From contig CAYVDD010000001.1 of the NCBI GenBank assembly GCA_964450805.1, positions 521,288-585,287 on the forward strand: a stretch of DNA of 64,000 nt, read 5' to 3'. A program made the position numbers and the translations under genes. This DNA is from an uncultured Candidatus Saccharibacteria bacterium (lineage in GTDB: Bacteria > Patescibacteriota > Minisyncoccia > Minisyncoccales > JANBVM01). A model generated the notes under the pieces. That model made no database searches, was not told the origin of the DNA, and saw only the letters and a program-made list of their open reading frames with translations. Of this stretch, positions 18,772 through 28,903 are shown piece after piece (position 1 is the first letter of the stretch; every line of letters starts with the position of its first letter).

Positions 18772-19295
18772 TGTCTTACTGAAAAAGTTGAAGTTGTGTT
18801 GATTGATGCCTGGTGTTCCTGTTTTTCAGAAGGAGTGACATAGCTTAATTCCAAACTGACCTGCACAGAATCTGTGGTTGTGGTGTTGTTCACCTGATAA
18901 AACCTTATCTTATCAATCTTCACATTGTCAGAACTCATAATCACTGGATTCTGGCCTTCTTTTTTCAAACACAATTTGTTTTCACAGATAAAAAAATCAA
19001 TGTATCCTACAGATTCATTGGCTTGTTTGTAATTGGTTGTTTCCAGGGATAATTGTCCTGTATCACTTGAAAAATCTGATGTGGGGGAGTATATACTTCG
19101 AGCATGCTTTAATTCATAGCCAATTGTTTCCATGATTCTCTGGCTTTCAGCCAATACCTCTCGTATAGCCTTGGCTTTGGCATGGGATTTATTTGACCAT
19201 AGGAAAAAGGCAGACACAGCTGAAATGATAAGCGAGGAAACAGCAATGTATACTAGGACTTCTATTAAGGTGAATCCTTTTTTTGTCATTTCCAA
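18768..19295 (-). CDS. prepilin-type N-terminal cleavage/methylation domain protein (minor pilin)
   Basis: KKGFTLIEVLVYIAVSSLII. Confidence 0.8.
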   Translation of the reverse strand: MEMTKKGFTLIEVLVYIAVSSLIISAVSAFFLWSNKSHAKAKAIREVLAESQRIMETIGYELKHARSIYSPTSDFSSDTGQLSLETTNYKQANESVGYIDFFICENKLCLKKEGQNPVIMSSDNVKIDKIRFYQVNNTTTTDSVQVSLELSYVTPSEKQEHQASINTTSTFSVRQ

Positions 19296-19777
19296 TTGGT
19301 TAGATAAGTAATTATTTGAACTTCATGGCTTTTATCTCTTTCCTGCCAACTGACAAGAGCAGTGATTTTTTTTGTATCTGGGTCCACTGTTCCCCCAGTT
19401 TCAACAATATCATCATTGCTGTCTCTTCTTCCATCTGCAATAACCATGCTTCTGGTAAAGCCGTCAATGAATTCAGTGCCTTCTAGTATTTGCCAGGTAA
19501 AAGGTGTTCCTGATTTTTCAATGTGAAAATCAATTCCTGTTGCCGCTGAACCCAGGCCATCAGTATCCCAGTCAGTTGCATCTCTAAAGCTTCTGAGCTG
19601 CTCTATCATTTCCTGGGCAAGATTATTAGCTTTGAAAGTTTGCTTAGTCAAGCTGGCAGCATTCAGAGAAAAAGAAGTTAATCCCAAAAGGCCAGTTAAG
19701 GCAAAACCAATGATTGAGATTACAATTAATATTTCTATTAAGGTTATTCCTTTATTGCCAGACAGGTTCTGATACAT
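19286..19777 (-). CDS. prepilin-type N-terminal cleavage/methylation domain protein (minor pilin)
   Basis: NKGITLIEILIVISIIGFAL. Confidence 0.8.
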   Translation of the reverse strand: MYQNLSGNKGITLIEILIVISIIGFALTGLLGLTSFSLNAASLTKQTFKANNLAQEMIEQLRSFRDATDWDTDGLGSAATGIDFHIEKSGTPFTWQILEGTEFIDGFTRSMVIADGRRDSNDDIVETGGTVDPDTKKITALVSWQERDKSHEVQIITYLTNWK

Positions 19778-20648
19778 AAATAGAAGTTCCTTTGATGGTT
19801 AGTCCATTTTCATCATAATTAATCAAGTCACCAGTGGCATCAGCATCCAATTCAATTTTCAGAGCTTTGTTGTTGTATCTTTGGTCTCTGTGGATACAGA
19901 ATTGGGTGTAAAGCACTGGATCATTTAAGGCATGAGTGTAGATTTTTACATTCTGATTCTCTCCGTTAACCTCAACCTGTCCTTCCCAGAATATTTGTCC
20001 AGCCTGCATATTGTCAGCAATAGCAATGTTTTCAATCACACTAGAGCTGTCATAAGTAAAGGTGAGCACTAAAGTTTCAGTTTCAGTGTCAATAGTTCGG
20101 TCATAATTAAAATGAATATGGCGTGAGTCTTTGATTCTGTTTTCATCGCTTGCTGTAAGTTGCTGATAAAATATTTGTCCAGAGGATTCAATAATAATAT
20201 CCTGTGTTTTGGAATGATTAGATGCAATCCTTAAAGAGATTGTCCCAGGAAAATCAGTGGTTCCGGTCAAGCGATTGAAAATCACATCTGAACTGGTTCC
20301 AAGGTCAATATTGTGAACTTCAATAGTGTTGGGAACAATGATTTTTTGGTCAAACGAGGTTTCCCTGCTTGAATAGTTAGAGCCTTTAAATAGAGTGTAT
20401 TCATAATCAGTACCAGGGTTTGGGAAATGGACTCCCCATTGGTCACTGTGCTCTGAAGACAAGGTTTTGCTGCGTGCTAATCTCAAAATATTTAAAATTT
20501 CTTCAGAGCTGTCTGTTAAAGCGGATATGTTTTGAAAACGTTTGTAAGCTGCAACAGCTGTTCCAATAATAACTAGCAGTATTCCAATAATTGTGAGCAG
20601 TTCAACAAGCGTAAATCCTGATTCTTTTTTTTGCCTGACTCCAATCAT
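19752..20648 (-). CDS. prepilin-type protein, GspH/FimT-like minor pilin
   Basis: ESGFTLVELLTIIGILLVIIGTAV and ...ILRLARSKTLS. Confidence 0.75.
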   Translation of the reverse strand: MIGVRQKKESGFTLVELLTIIGILLVIIGTAVAAYKRFQNISALTDSSEEILNILRLARSKTLSSEHSDQWGVHFPNPGTDYEYTLFKGSNYSSRETSFDQKIIVPNTIEVHNIDLGTSSDVIFNRLTGTTDFPGTISLRIASNHSKTQDIIIESSGQIFYQQLTASDENRIKDSRHIHFNYDRTIDTETETLVLTFTYDSSSVIENIAIADNMQAGQIFWEGQVEVNGENQNVKIYTHALNDPVLYTQFCIHRDQRYNNKALKIELDADATGDLINYDENGLTIKGTSIYVSEPVWQ

Positions 20649-21862
20649 AGATTCCCAAGCATACTATACATTGGCTGAACCATTGAAACTGCAAAAAAGC
20701 CAATTGTAATTCCAATGATAATCATCAAAATAGGTTCAATAACAGCAGTTAAGTTTTTTGTAACATTAGCCACTTCTTCTTCAAAAAAATCCGCTAATTC
20801 TCCTAAAACTCTTGAGGTTTCACCAGTCTCTTCTCCCACAGCCATCATTTGAATAACAATTGAAGGATAAACATTTTCATAATCTGCCAAAACTTCAGAA
20901 AGCTTGCTTCCTTTCCTTACTTTTTCTGCTGCTTCTTTCATTGCTGATTTAAAATAGTAATTTCCCAGAGTGCCGGAAGTTATCTCTAAAGATTTTGGCA
21001 AGGAAATTCCTGCGCCAATCAAGGAACTTAAATTCCTTGTTGCATATGCTGAGTTAGTTATTTTAATAATTGAATCAATAACAGGAATTTTTAAAAGAAC
21101 CCTGTCAACTATTTTTTTAACTGCCTCTATTTTTAAAATTCGTGCAAAAACAATAGCAAACAGTATTAAAAACAGAAAAACTAAATGCCAGTTACCTGCC
21201 ATAAAAGTGCCAAAACCAATTACAGCTTTAGTACTGGCCGGAAGTTCAAGCTTTAAATCTTCAAACGTTTCCGCAAGTTTTGGAACGACCATAATAAGCA
21301 TTAAGGTTCCAACAGCTATCATAGCGCAGATAATAATAGCTGGATAAATCATTGCGCTTGTTACTTTTGATTTTAAAAGATGTTGTTTTTCCATCTGCGT
21401 GCCTAATGTTTCTAAAACCTTTTCCAAAGTTCCTGATTCTTCACCCACCTTTATCATGTTTACAAAAAGTTCAGGGAAAATAGCTGGATAATAAACCAAT
21501 GATTCAGAAAGGCTTTTTCCTTCCACTATTTTGTCTTCAATTTCTGACAAAGCTTTTCTGAACTCAGGATTCTTTACTTGTTTTGATAAACTCTTTATTG
21601 CGCGGGGCAAGGGCAGGCCAGCAGTAATCATTACCTGTAAATTTCTGATAAAAAACATTTTTTCAGTTAAAGACACCCCGCCAAAAGTAGGAAGAACAAT
21701 ATTAAATCTATCTTTTTTTAATTGTTCTTCTAATCGGGCATTAATTAAAGTAAAGCCCTGACTGTGCAGTTCTCGAGATAGTTGATGAATGTCTTTTGTT
21801 TCTATGAATCCTGATTTTTCCTCTCCTTTAATAGATTTGGCTTTGTAAAAATACCTTGGCAT
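20645..21862 (-). CDS. pilC: type IV pilus platform protein PilC (GspF family)
   Basis: Two GspF repeats with 3 or more TM segments, 405 aa. Confidence 0.9.
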   Translation of the reverse strand: MPRYFYKAKSIKGEEKSGFIETKDIHQLSRELHSQGFTLINARLEEQLKKDRFNIVLPTFGGVSLTEKMFFIRNLQVMITAGLPLPRAIKSLSKQVKNPEFRKALSEIEDKIVEGKSLSESLVYYPAIFPELFVNMIKVGEESGTLEKVLETLGTQMEKQHLLKSKVTSAMIYPAIIICAMIAVGTLMLIMVVPKLAETFEDLKLELPASTKAVIGFGTFMAGNWHLVFLFLILFAIVFARILKIEAVKKIVDRVLLKIPVIDSIIKITNSAYATRNLSSLIGAGISLPKSLEITSGTLGNYYFKSAMKEAAEKVRKGSKLSEVLADYENVYPSIVIQMMAVGEETGETSRVLGELADFFEEEVANVTKNLTAVIEPILMIIIGITIGFFAVSMVQPMYSMLGNL

Positions 21863-21910
21863 TCTTATTAGGGTTTAGTTATTTAGAGGCTAAAAACCTA
21901 AATTCTAAAC

Positions 21911-23656
21911 TTATTCAGCTGTTGCTCTTAATACTTCCTCAATAGAAGTTATTCCCTGAGCTGCCTTGATAAATCCGTCTTCAATCATTGTTCTCATTCC
22001 TTCACTTTTAGCCTGCTCATGGATTCGGCTTGAGGTTGCCTTATTAATAATCAATTCTTTTATTGTTTCTGTAACTGGTAAAACCTCAAAAATTCCAATC
22101 CTTCCTTTGTAACCGTCAGGACATTCTTTGCTAGGTTTGGGTCTGTAAAAAGGAATGTTTTTCCAGGTTGCGCGGGGTTTAACAATTTTTTCTTGTTTTA
22201 AAATTGTCAAAATTGCTTCTAAATTACAATATTTTGCTGTTTCTTTTATTTCAGAATCTTTCAACGTATATTTTTCTTTTTCGCCGTAGAGTCTTCTTAC
22301 TAATCGTTGGGCCAGAATAGAATTTAGAGTTGATGCAATTAAAAACGGTTCGCATTTCATATCCATTAATCTGGGCAGAGAGCCAGCAGCAGAGTTAGTA
22401 TGAAGTGTTGATAAAACTAAATGACCTGTCAAAGAAGCATTAACACAAAGCATGGCAGTTTCATTATCTCTTATTTCTCCAACCATAATTACATCAGGGT
22501 CTTGTCTTAACAGTGACCTTAGACCATTTGCAAATGTAAGCCCGATTTTCGCATTAACCTGAGTTTGGTTGATTCTTGGCATTCGGTATTCAATAGGATC
22601 TTCAACAGTAGAAATGTTAATTCCTGGATTATTTAATATTTCCATCATTGAATAAAGTGTAGTTGTTTTTCCAGAACCAGTGGGGCCTGTTATTAAGATC
22701 ATTCCTATTGGTTTACGCAAAGAATTCTGGATTTTTTCCAGATTTTCATCTCTTAAACCCAATTGTTCTAAAGTGAGAGACTTGGTAGTTTCCGGCAAAA
22801 GTCTCATTACAACCTTTTCGCCATCAAAAACCGGCAATATTGAGACTCTGACTGAGTATTTGTAGTCTTCAGTCTCTATTTTAAAACGGCCGTCTTGTGG
22901 CAGACGATGTTCGTCTAATTTCAAATTAGAAAGCACCTTTATTCGTGCTACAATGCCTGAAGATGCTAATTTCGGCAAAGTCATGGTATCTCTTAAAATT
23001 CCATCAATTCTGTATCTGACTAAAATTTCTTTTTCAGTTGGTTCAATGTGAATATCTGAACCGCGCTGCAGAATTGCATGCTTCATTAAAGTATCAACAA
23101 TCCTAATAACAGGCAGTTCTTCTGCTATTTTTTTCAGTTCAGATTTTTTCTTGATTTTTTCTTCTTCAACTGGCTTAATTACTCCAACTTCTTTTTTAAT
23201 AATTTCTCCGAATTCAGCCTGTAAAGTTTTTTGATACTGGCGCAAAACGCTTTTTATTGATTTTGGGTTGGTAAGACGTGGTAGAATCTTCAGGTTGGTT
23301 GTTTTTTTAATGAACTCAATAGTTCTCAGGTCTTTTGGGTCAAGCATTGCTACTTCCAGATTGTTTCCTGATTTTCTAAAAGCAACAATATTATGAGAGC
23401 GGGCAATTGGCTCTGGAACAATTTTCAGAATCTTAGGGTCAATAGCTTCTTTTTCCAAATCAACAAATGGAATGCCTAAAATATAGGCTTCAAGCTTGAT
23501 TAACTGCTCCTGATTGATCAGTTTTTCTGAAACCAAAACCTCGTTGATTTCTTGCTTGTTTTTTTTAGCTTTTTTATAAGCTTGGTCAAACTGTTTTCCT
23601 GTAATTAAACCAGCATCAACTAAAAAGGCTTTTAATTGTTGGGGTTCTACTTTCAT
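21911..23656 (-). CDS. pilB: type IV pilus assembly ATPase PilB (GspE family)
   Basis: Walker A GPTGSGKTTT, Asp box, Walker B DPDVIMVGEIRD, His box. N-terminal MshEN/GSPII-like domain. Confidence 0.92.
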   Translation of the reverse strand: MKVEPQQLKAFLVDAGLITGKQFDQAYKKAKKNKQEINEVLVSEKLINQEQLIKLEAYILGIPFVDLEKEAIDPKILKIVPEPIARSHNIVAFRKSGNNLEVAMLDPKDLRTIEFIKKTTNLKILPRLTNPKSIKSVLRQYQKTLQAEFGEIIKKEVGVIKPVEEEKIKKKSELKKIAEELPVIRIVDTLMKHAILQRGSDIHIEPTEKEILVRYRIDGILRDTMTLPKLASSGIVARIKVLSNLKLDEHRLPQDGRFKIETEDYKYSVRVSILPVFDGEKVVMRLLPETTKSLTLEQLGLRDENLEKIQNSLRKPIGMILITGPTGSGKTTTLYSMMEILNNPGINISTVEDPIEYRMPRINQTQVNAKIGLTFANGLRSLLRQDPDVIMVGEIRDNETAMLCVNASLTGHLVLSTLHTNSAAGSLPRLMDMKCEPFLIASTLNSILAQRLVRRLYGEKEKYTLKDSEIKETAKYCNLEAILTILKQEKIVKPRATWKNIPFYRPKPSKECPDGYKGRIGIFEVLPVTETIKELIINKATSSRIHEQAKSEGMRTMIEDGFIKAAQGITSIEEVLRATAE

Positions 23657-23679
23657 TTTTATATATTAATGGCTGATAT

Positions 23680-24051
23680 TTAGCTACCAGCCAAGGTTTT
23701 TTTAATTTTTTCTACAACTTCTTTTAGGTCGTATTGAGCCTTTACTAAATAAGTTGTAGCTCCTAATTCAATTGCTTTATCTATGTCTTTAACTCCTTCA
23801 AGGTTAGTTAAAATAATTACAGGAATGTTTTTTGTTTCAACATTTTCTTTGAGCTTCTTTAAAACATCAAAACCATGCATTTTTGGCAGAACTAAATCAA
23901 GGATTATCAGGTCAGGTTTTTCTTTCTGAGCTAATTTTAGTCCTATTTCTCCATCAATTGCGGAGATTATCTCATAGTTTTCTTGTTCCAAACTTTCACC
24001 AATTATTTTCTGAAGGGCAGACTCGTCTTCAATAAATAATATTTTTTTCAT
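23680..24051 (-). CDS. response regulator, receiver domain only
   Basis: KILFIEDE..., DLIILDLVLPKMHG, and K in ATTYLVKAQ. Confidence 0.85.
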   Translation of the reverse strand: MKKILFIEDESALQKIIGESLEQENYEIISAIDGEIGLKLAQKEKPDLIILDLVLPKMHGFDVLKKLKENVETKNIPVIILTNLEGVKDIDKAIELGATTYLVKAQYDLKEVVEKIKKTLAGS

Positions 24052-24065
24052 ACTGCTGATAATTT

Positions 24066-24120
24066 CACGAATTAATGTTGCAAATATTTCTTAATACTTA
24101 TTTGCAGCAGTTTGTTCGTG
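24066..24120 (-). promoter_or_regulatory. intercistronic stem-loop between the kinase and regulator genes
   Basis: Nested inverted repeats cacgaa(24066-71)/ttcgtg(24115-20) and tgcaaata(24079-86)/tatttgca(24099-106). Confidence 0.3.
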
Positions 24121-24134
24121 ATAATTAATAAAAA

Positions 24135-25091
24135 TCAACCTTTTTTTAATGGAAGGGTGAACCAAAATGTCGACCCCTGGTTTTCTGCTGACTGAAAACC
24201 TATTTTTCCTTTCGCTTTTTTAATAATTGATCTGGAGATATATAATCCTAATCCTGAACCTTTTGTCTGGTACTTTAAAGCGTTTTCAGAACGGAAAAAC
24301 TTCTGAAAAATGTATTTTTGGTCTTTTTTTGGGATTCCCACTCCACTGTCTTTTATTGAAAACCTAATATTGTCATTTTCTTTAAAAAGCTCTATTTTGA
24401 TTTTCCCTCTTTTTTTTGTATATCTGATAGCATTATCTAATAGATTTTCTATAACTAGTTTAATGCGCGAAGGGTCAGAAAAAACATGCGGCAAATCATT
24501 GTTTTCGTTAAAAACTACTTCTACATTATAAGCAGCAATAAGCGGTTTATATTCATTAATCAAATTTTTGACAAGTTCCTGTATTGAGAACTCTTGTTCC
24601 TGAAAAAGAAGTTTAGCACTTTCAATTCTTGAAACAGTTAAAAGATCAGACACCAGCTCATGCATTCTATAAGTGTTTTCTTTTATAATCTTAAAATACT
24701 CTGTTTGCTGTTCTTCAATTCTGCCTAACTTGCCAGACATAAGCAGCTCAATAGTCCATTTTAAGTTAGAAAGAGGGGATCGAAGCTGATGAGAAACAAT
24801 AGAAATAAACTCTGATTTTAAACGGTTTGCTTCTGCTAATCTTTCAAAACTGCGCGTAATAATGACATCAATAACTAATAAAAGTATTGCTAAAAATTGT
24901 ATAATTAATGCAACAACTAAAGGGTCTTCGATATAGCGAGTGCCAAAAGCATATGCAAATAGACTGGAGATTATAATAATTAGTCCCATAACCAAAAAAA
25001 GAAATTGGGGACACTGCCATAAAGAAAGATTGTATTTTTTACACTGAGCAAAGACATTCAAGTCTGAAACAATTCTTTTAAATAAATTCAT
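24135..25091 (-). CDS. sensor histidine kinase
   Basis: Trimmed to the ATG at 25091 (MNLFKRIV...) because the longer ORF runs into tRNA-Pro. Two TMs, HisKA box SHQLRSPLS, HATPase motifs DNAIRYT and GSGLGL. Confidence 0.85.
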   Translation of the reverse strand: MNLFKRIVSDLNVFAQCKKYNLSLWQCPQFLFLVMGLIIIISSLFAYAFGTRYIEDPLVVALIIQFLAILLLVIDVIITRSFERLAEANRLKSEFISIVSHQLRSPLSNLKWTIELLMSGKLGRIEEQQTEYFKIIKENTYRMHELVSDLLTVSRIESAKLLFQEQEFSIQELVKNLINEYKPLIAAYNVEVVFNENNDLPHVFSDPSRIKLVIENLLDNAIRYTKKRGKIKIELFKENDNIRFSIKDSGVGIPKKDQKYIFQKFFRSENALKYQTKGSGLGLYISRSIIKKAKGKIGFQSAENQGSTFWFTLPLKKG

Positions 25092-25175
25092 AGTATTTAT
25101 TTTACCACAGTAATTGACCAAACAGAAACAAACTGTTAAAATTTTAAAGCGAAAATGATTATCTTTTGAATTCAC

Positions 25176-25246
25176 CGGGATATGGTGTAATGGCAGCACG
25201 AGTCCTTTGGGAGGATTTAGTCCGAGTTCGAGTCTCGGTATCCCGA
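25176..25246 (+). tRNA. tRNA-Pro(TGG)
   Basis: CGGGATA/TATCCCG acceptor, agtcc-TTTGGGA-ggatt, T-arm ccgag-TTCGAGT-ctcgg. Confidence 0.85.
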
Positions 25247-25256
25247 CTAAACAAAA

Positions 25257-25328
25257 GCGGGTGTAGTATAACGGCTATTATGCGACCCTTCCAAGGTCGA
25301 GACGAGGGTTCGATTCCCTTCACCCGCT
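25257..25328 (+). tRNA. tRNA-Gly(TCC)
   Basis: GCGGGTG/CACCCGC acceptor, cgacc-CTTCCAA-ggtcg, T-arm gaggg-TTCGATT-ccctt. Confidence 0.85.
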
Positions 25329-25337
25329 CAAAAAAAA

Positions 25338-25368
25338 CAAAAACAGCGGAATTTTTCGCTGTTTTTTG
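25338..25368. terminator. bidirectional intrinsic terminator
   Basis: aacagcg gaattttt cgctgtt flanked by an A-run and a T-run, between the tRNAs (+) and rny (-). Confidence 0.6.
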
Positions 25369-25382
25369 TTTTGAGAATTATT

Positions 25383-26912
25383 TTACTTTGCGTATTCTAT
25401 CACTCTTGTTTCTCTTATCACATTGACTTTAATTTCTCCTGGATATCTTAGTTCTTTCTGAATTTTTCTAGCAATTTCTCTTGCCAAAACCTTTGCTTTA
25501 AAATCATCTATTTCTTCTGGTTTAACAAAAATCCTGATTTCTCTTCCTGCCTGAAGAGCCCAGGCTTTTTCTACTCCATCAAAAGCAAGAGCTATATTTT
25601 CTAAATTTGATAATCTTTTAAGATAATTTTCAAGTGTATCTTTTCTTGCTCCTGGTCTTGTGCCTGAAATCTGGTCTCCAACCTGAACTAAAACTGATTC
25701 AATACTTGTACTCGGATATTCTTCATGGTGAGATTTCATTGCATCAATAACCTCTTTTTCTATTTTGAATTTTTCCAGTATCTTTATTCCAATATCAACA
25801 TGAGATCCTTCAATCTGATGGTCAACTGCTTTTCCAATATCATGAAATAAACCTGCTTTTTTACAAATTAAAGAATTAGCCCCGATTTCATCAGCTAAAA
25901 ATGAAGATAGATAAGCTACTTCAATTGAGTGAAGCAGGACATTTTGGCCGTAACTTGTTCTAAACTTAAGTCTGCCAAGTAGCTGCATTAGTTTAGGGTC
26001 CAGTCCAACAAAACCAAATTCATAAGCTGCTATTTCTCCAGCTTTTTTAATTTGTATATCTATTTCTTGTTTTGCCTCTTTTACTTTTTCTTCAATTCTA
26101 GCTGGCTGAATTCTTCCATCTAATATGAGTTTATCCAGAGCAAGCTTAGCTATTCTTCTCCTTACTGGGTCAAAGCCGGAAATCATAACTGTTTCTGGTG
26201 TTTCATCAACTATTATTTCTACTCCTGTTAATTTTTCAAGAGTTTTAATATTTCTTCCTTCCTTGCCGATTATTCTTCCTTTAATATCTTCGTTGGGCAG
26301 GCTAATAGTAGTAGTAGTTATTTCCTGGGCCTGAGAAAGAGCGTATTTTTGAATTGCAGTAGCTAAAATCTCTTTAGCTTTTTTTTCATATCTTTCGTGA
26401 CCTTCAGTTTCTAATTTTCTCAGTTTTTCCAAAATGTCCAGTTGATGTTTGTCTTCTAAAGCTTTGAAAAGCTCTTCTTTGGCTTGTTTTTTACTTATGC
26501 CTGAAACATTTTCTAGTTTTTTGGAGATTTGATCTTTTAAGTCCTCTAAAGATAGTTTGATTTTTTTTACTCCTTCTAATTTTTCTTCAAAGTCTTTTTG
26601 TTTCAAATCAAAATCAGATATTTTTTCATTAAAAATACTCTCTCTTTTTAGAAGCAACTGTTCGCTTCTATTTAGCCTTTTTCTTGTAATATATACTTCT
26701 TTTTTTGCGTCTTCTAAGATTAAAGAAGCTTTGTTTTTCGCCTGAGAAATAGTGTTATTAGCTTCTTTGTTGGTTTTTTCAATCCTTTTTTTGATTTTTC
26801 CTTCAATTGTTTTCCAGTCTCTTCGCGCTATTGATTGACGGGCATAATAACCTAAAATTGTTCCTATTGAAAGGGATATAATCCCTACGATTAATAAAGT
26901 TAATTGAGTCAT
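25383..26912 (-). CDS. rny: ribonuclease Y
   Basis: N-terminal TM, coiled coil, KH (GRIIGKEGRNIKTLE) and HD domain (LFHDIGKAVDH). Confidence 0.92.
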   Translation of the reverse strand: MTQLTLLIVGIISLSIGTILGYYARQSIARRDWKTIEGKIKKRIEKTNKEANNTISQAKNKASLILEDAKKEVYITRKRLNRSEQLLLKRESIFNEKISDFDLKQKDFEEKLEGVKKIKLSLEDLKDQISKKLENVSGISKKQAKEELFKALEDKHQLDILEKLRKLETEGHERYEKKAKEILATAIQKYALSQAQEITTTTISLPNEDIKGRIIGKEGRNIKTLEKLTGVEIIVDETPETVMISGFDPVRRRIAKLALDKLILDGRIQPARIEEKVKEAKQEIDIQIKKAGEIAAYEFGFVGLDPKLMQLLGRLKFRTSYGQNVLLHSIEVAYLSSFLADEIGANSLICKKAGLFHDIGKAVDHQIEGSHVDIGIKILEKFKIEKEVIDAMKSHHEEYPSTSIESVLVQVGDQISGTRPGARKDTLENYLKRLSNLENIALAFDGVEKAWALQAGREIRIFVKPEEIDDFKAKVLAREIARKIQKELRYPGEIKVNVIRETRVIEYAK

Positions 26913-27057
26913 GTTCCAAAACAGGAAATTGGCTATTTAGCACAATTTCAGCTAATTCTGAAGTTGTTTTTTTTAATACTGACATTGTTTTAATAGTTCC
27001 AAATTCCAAATTATTTTTACATTTTAATTATATCAAACATTCCTCAAAAGTCAAACT

Positions 27058-27130
27058 CTGTAGTAGAATTTTAACTGTTTTGCCGAAAACAAAACAAGTA
27101 AAGCAAAGCTCTGTTAAAATCTCACTACAG
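27058..27130 (-). terminator. long stem-loop downstream of the pilin-like/PKD gene pair (possible terminator)
   Basis: ctgtagt..aattttaac (27058-27075) pairs with gttaaaat..actacag (27113-27130). That is 7+8 bp with a 3-nt internal mismatch and a loop of about 33 nt. Confidence 0.4.
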
Positions 27131-27132
27131 AA

Positions 27133-27804
27133 TTAACTGATAAATGCACCTTTAATAATTGACGGTAATATTTTGGCAGACAAGATGACTGCCAAAGCTA
27201 CAAGAGTCCAAGTGATGATTGATTTCGCCTTGTTTATTTTTACTGCGTCTCCACCCGCAAAAATCATTAAAAGAGCAGCATAGATTATAAGGATTGGAGC
27301 AATGGCAAAACTAGTTATAACAAGAAAGTCAATTACTGCATTTATTGCATCCCAAAGACTGTCCTGATCTAAAGGATTTTTTAGTTTTATAGGGCCCATA
27401 TATCCACTATCGTCAGGCGGAGGAACTGAGGATTGTTTTGTTATAAAGTTTTCACCATCAACAAAATTACTGTCATTTGCCGGATTTTGTGCTTCAGCTT
27501 TAACTCTCCATTCATATTCAGTGTTTCCATTTAAGCCCATTAAAATATAGTTTGTAATGCCAGCAACTCCTATGGGATATTTTGCTGTCCAATAAGTTGA
27601 TTCTGTAGTTTTATATAAAACTTTGAATTGTTTAAGAGTGCCGCCATTTTTATTCCATTCCCATTGAAGAAGGACACTGCCTTCACCAATATCCAGTACT
27701 AAAGGGTCTTTTGGATTTTTTAGTTTTGCCAAGCAAAAATCAGCATTGAAAAATATTAATCCAAGAATAACAGTTAAGAAAATAATAAAAAGTTTTTTCT
27801 TCAT
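27133..27804 (-). CDS. FN3-like ectodomain fused to a T4SS-pilin-like two-helix module
   Basis: Signal peptide, FN3-like LVLDIGEGSVLLQWEW...YEWRVKA. C-terminus AINAVIDFLVITSFAIAPILIIYAALLMIFAGGDAVKINKAKSIITWTLVALAVILSA. Confidence 0.6.
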   Translation of the reverse strand: MKKKLFIIFLTVILGLIFFNADFCLAKLKNPKDPLVLDIGEGSVLLQWEWNKNGGTLKQFKVLYKTTESTYWTAKYPIGVAGITNYILMGLNGNTEYEWRVKAEAQNPANDSNFVDGENFITKQSSVPPPDDSGYMGPIKLKNPLDQDSLWDAINAVIDFLVITSFAIAPILIIYAALLMIFAGGDAVKINKAKSIITWTLVALAVILSAKILPSIIKGAFIS

Positions 27805-27828
27805 AATACTTTATTATATTAACATGTT

Positions 27829-28896
27829 TTAATTTTTTGAAACACTAACCCAGGCAGTCAAGCAAGAATCACTAACTCCTTGATTATCAGAAACAGTAAT
27901 TTTCGGTTTATATGTACCTGGATTTTTATAATAATGAACTGCATTTTTTGAATCAGAAAATTCTCCATCATCAAAATCCCAATAAAAAGAAAGAGGGTCA
28001 TTGTCTGGATTTAATACTTCAACAAAGAAACTAAATTCAGTGTTCAGATTGCCTAAAGCTGGATTAACTCTACATGATATGATCTCTGGAGCTAAATTTG
28101 TTTTTGCCTCAATAGTTTCACTTTTTGAAATATTCCCCGCAGCGTCTTTGCAGGCAGCAAAAACTTGATAAGAACCAGCTTGTTCTGGAGTAAATTCTTT
28201 TCTGAATAAACATTCTTTATTACAGCCAGGATTTAAAACTGTCATTATTCCCTGATCTTGATTGTTAATATAAAGATTGCATCCTATAATTTTTAAATTA
28301 TCAGATACATTTGTTTTGAAATTGTACAGCTTTTTTTCCTCTATATTAACAGGATAAATCTGTTCCTGTTGAATGTCAGTAGTAAAAACTTTACCAATAA
28401 CAGGCTTGTTCCAGTCAATATTAAGATAAACAACAGATTTATCTTCTAAACTAGGATTATGCTGATTATTATCCTTATCTTTTGAGCGGACATATATCCA
28501 GCAGGCATTTATTCCTTCAAAACCGCACATTTTTCCTTCTCCAACTGAAACACTGAAACTGGAATTGCATTTTCTTTTCAGCCAGTCAGTAGAATATTCT
28601 TTATTATTGTCATAAGTTAAAATTTTATATTCACAGGAATTATAGTTAATGCCTGATTCTAAATCCTCGTCTAAAACATCAATGACAAAGTTTTTGCTGT
28701 GCCATGAATTAGCAATAGGAGATTTTATTTGGGAAGCAGGCTGGTTTTTATCTTTTTTTTCCTCAACTCCTCCATTTGAGGGAATGTGGTTAAAGTCAAT
28801 TATGTCTTGGTTTAGAAAGATGAAATAAATTAAAAGCCCTATTACAACAAGGGCTAGTATAGTTAACCAAAACTTTTTGGATTTCAAAAGTTTCAT
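27829..28896 (-). CDS. membrane-anchored PKD-domain protein
   Basis: N-terminal TM. C-terminal PKD signature FYWDFDDGEFSDSKNAVHYYKNPGTYKPKITVSDNQG. Confidence 0.75.
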   Translation of the reverse strand: MKLLKSKKFWLTILALVVIGLLIYFIFLNQDIIDFNHIPSNGGVEEKKDKNQPASQIKSPIANSWHSKNFVIDVLDEDLESGINYNSCEYKILTYDNNKEYSTDWLKRKCNSSFSVSVGEGKMCGFEGINACWIYVRSKDKDNNQHNPSLEDKSVVYLNIDWNKPVIGKVFTTDIQQEQIYPVNIEEKKLYNFKTNVSDNLKIIGCNLYINNQDQGIMTVLNPGCNKECLFRKEFTPEQAGSYQVFAACKDAAGNISKSETIEAKTNLAPEIISCRVNPALGNLNTEFSFFVEVLNPDNDPLSFYWDFDDGEFSDSKNAVHYYKNPGTYKPKITVSDNQGVSDSCLTAWVSVSKN

Positions 28897-28903
28897 TTCA
28901 AAG

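Noticed and set aside
25092-25199. Upstream extension of the histidine kinase ORF.
   Set aside because: It runs into tRNA-Pro(TGG). The ATG at 25091 precedes the first TM segment.
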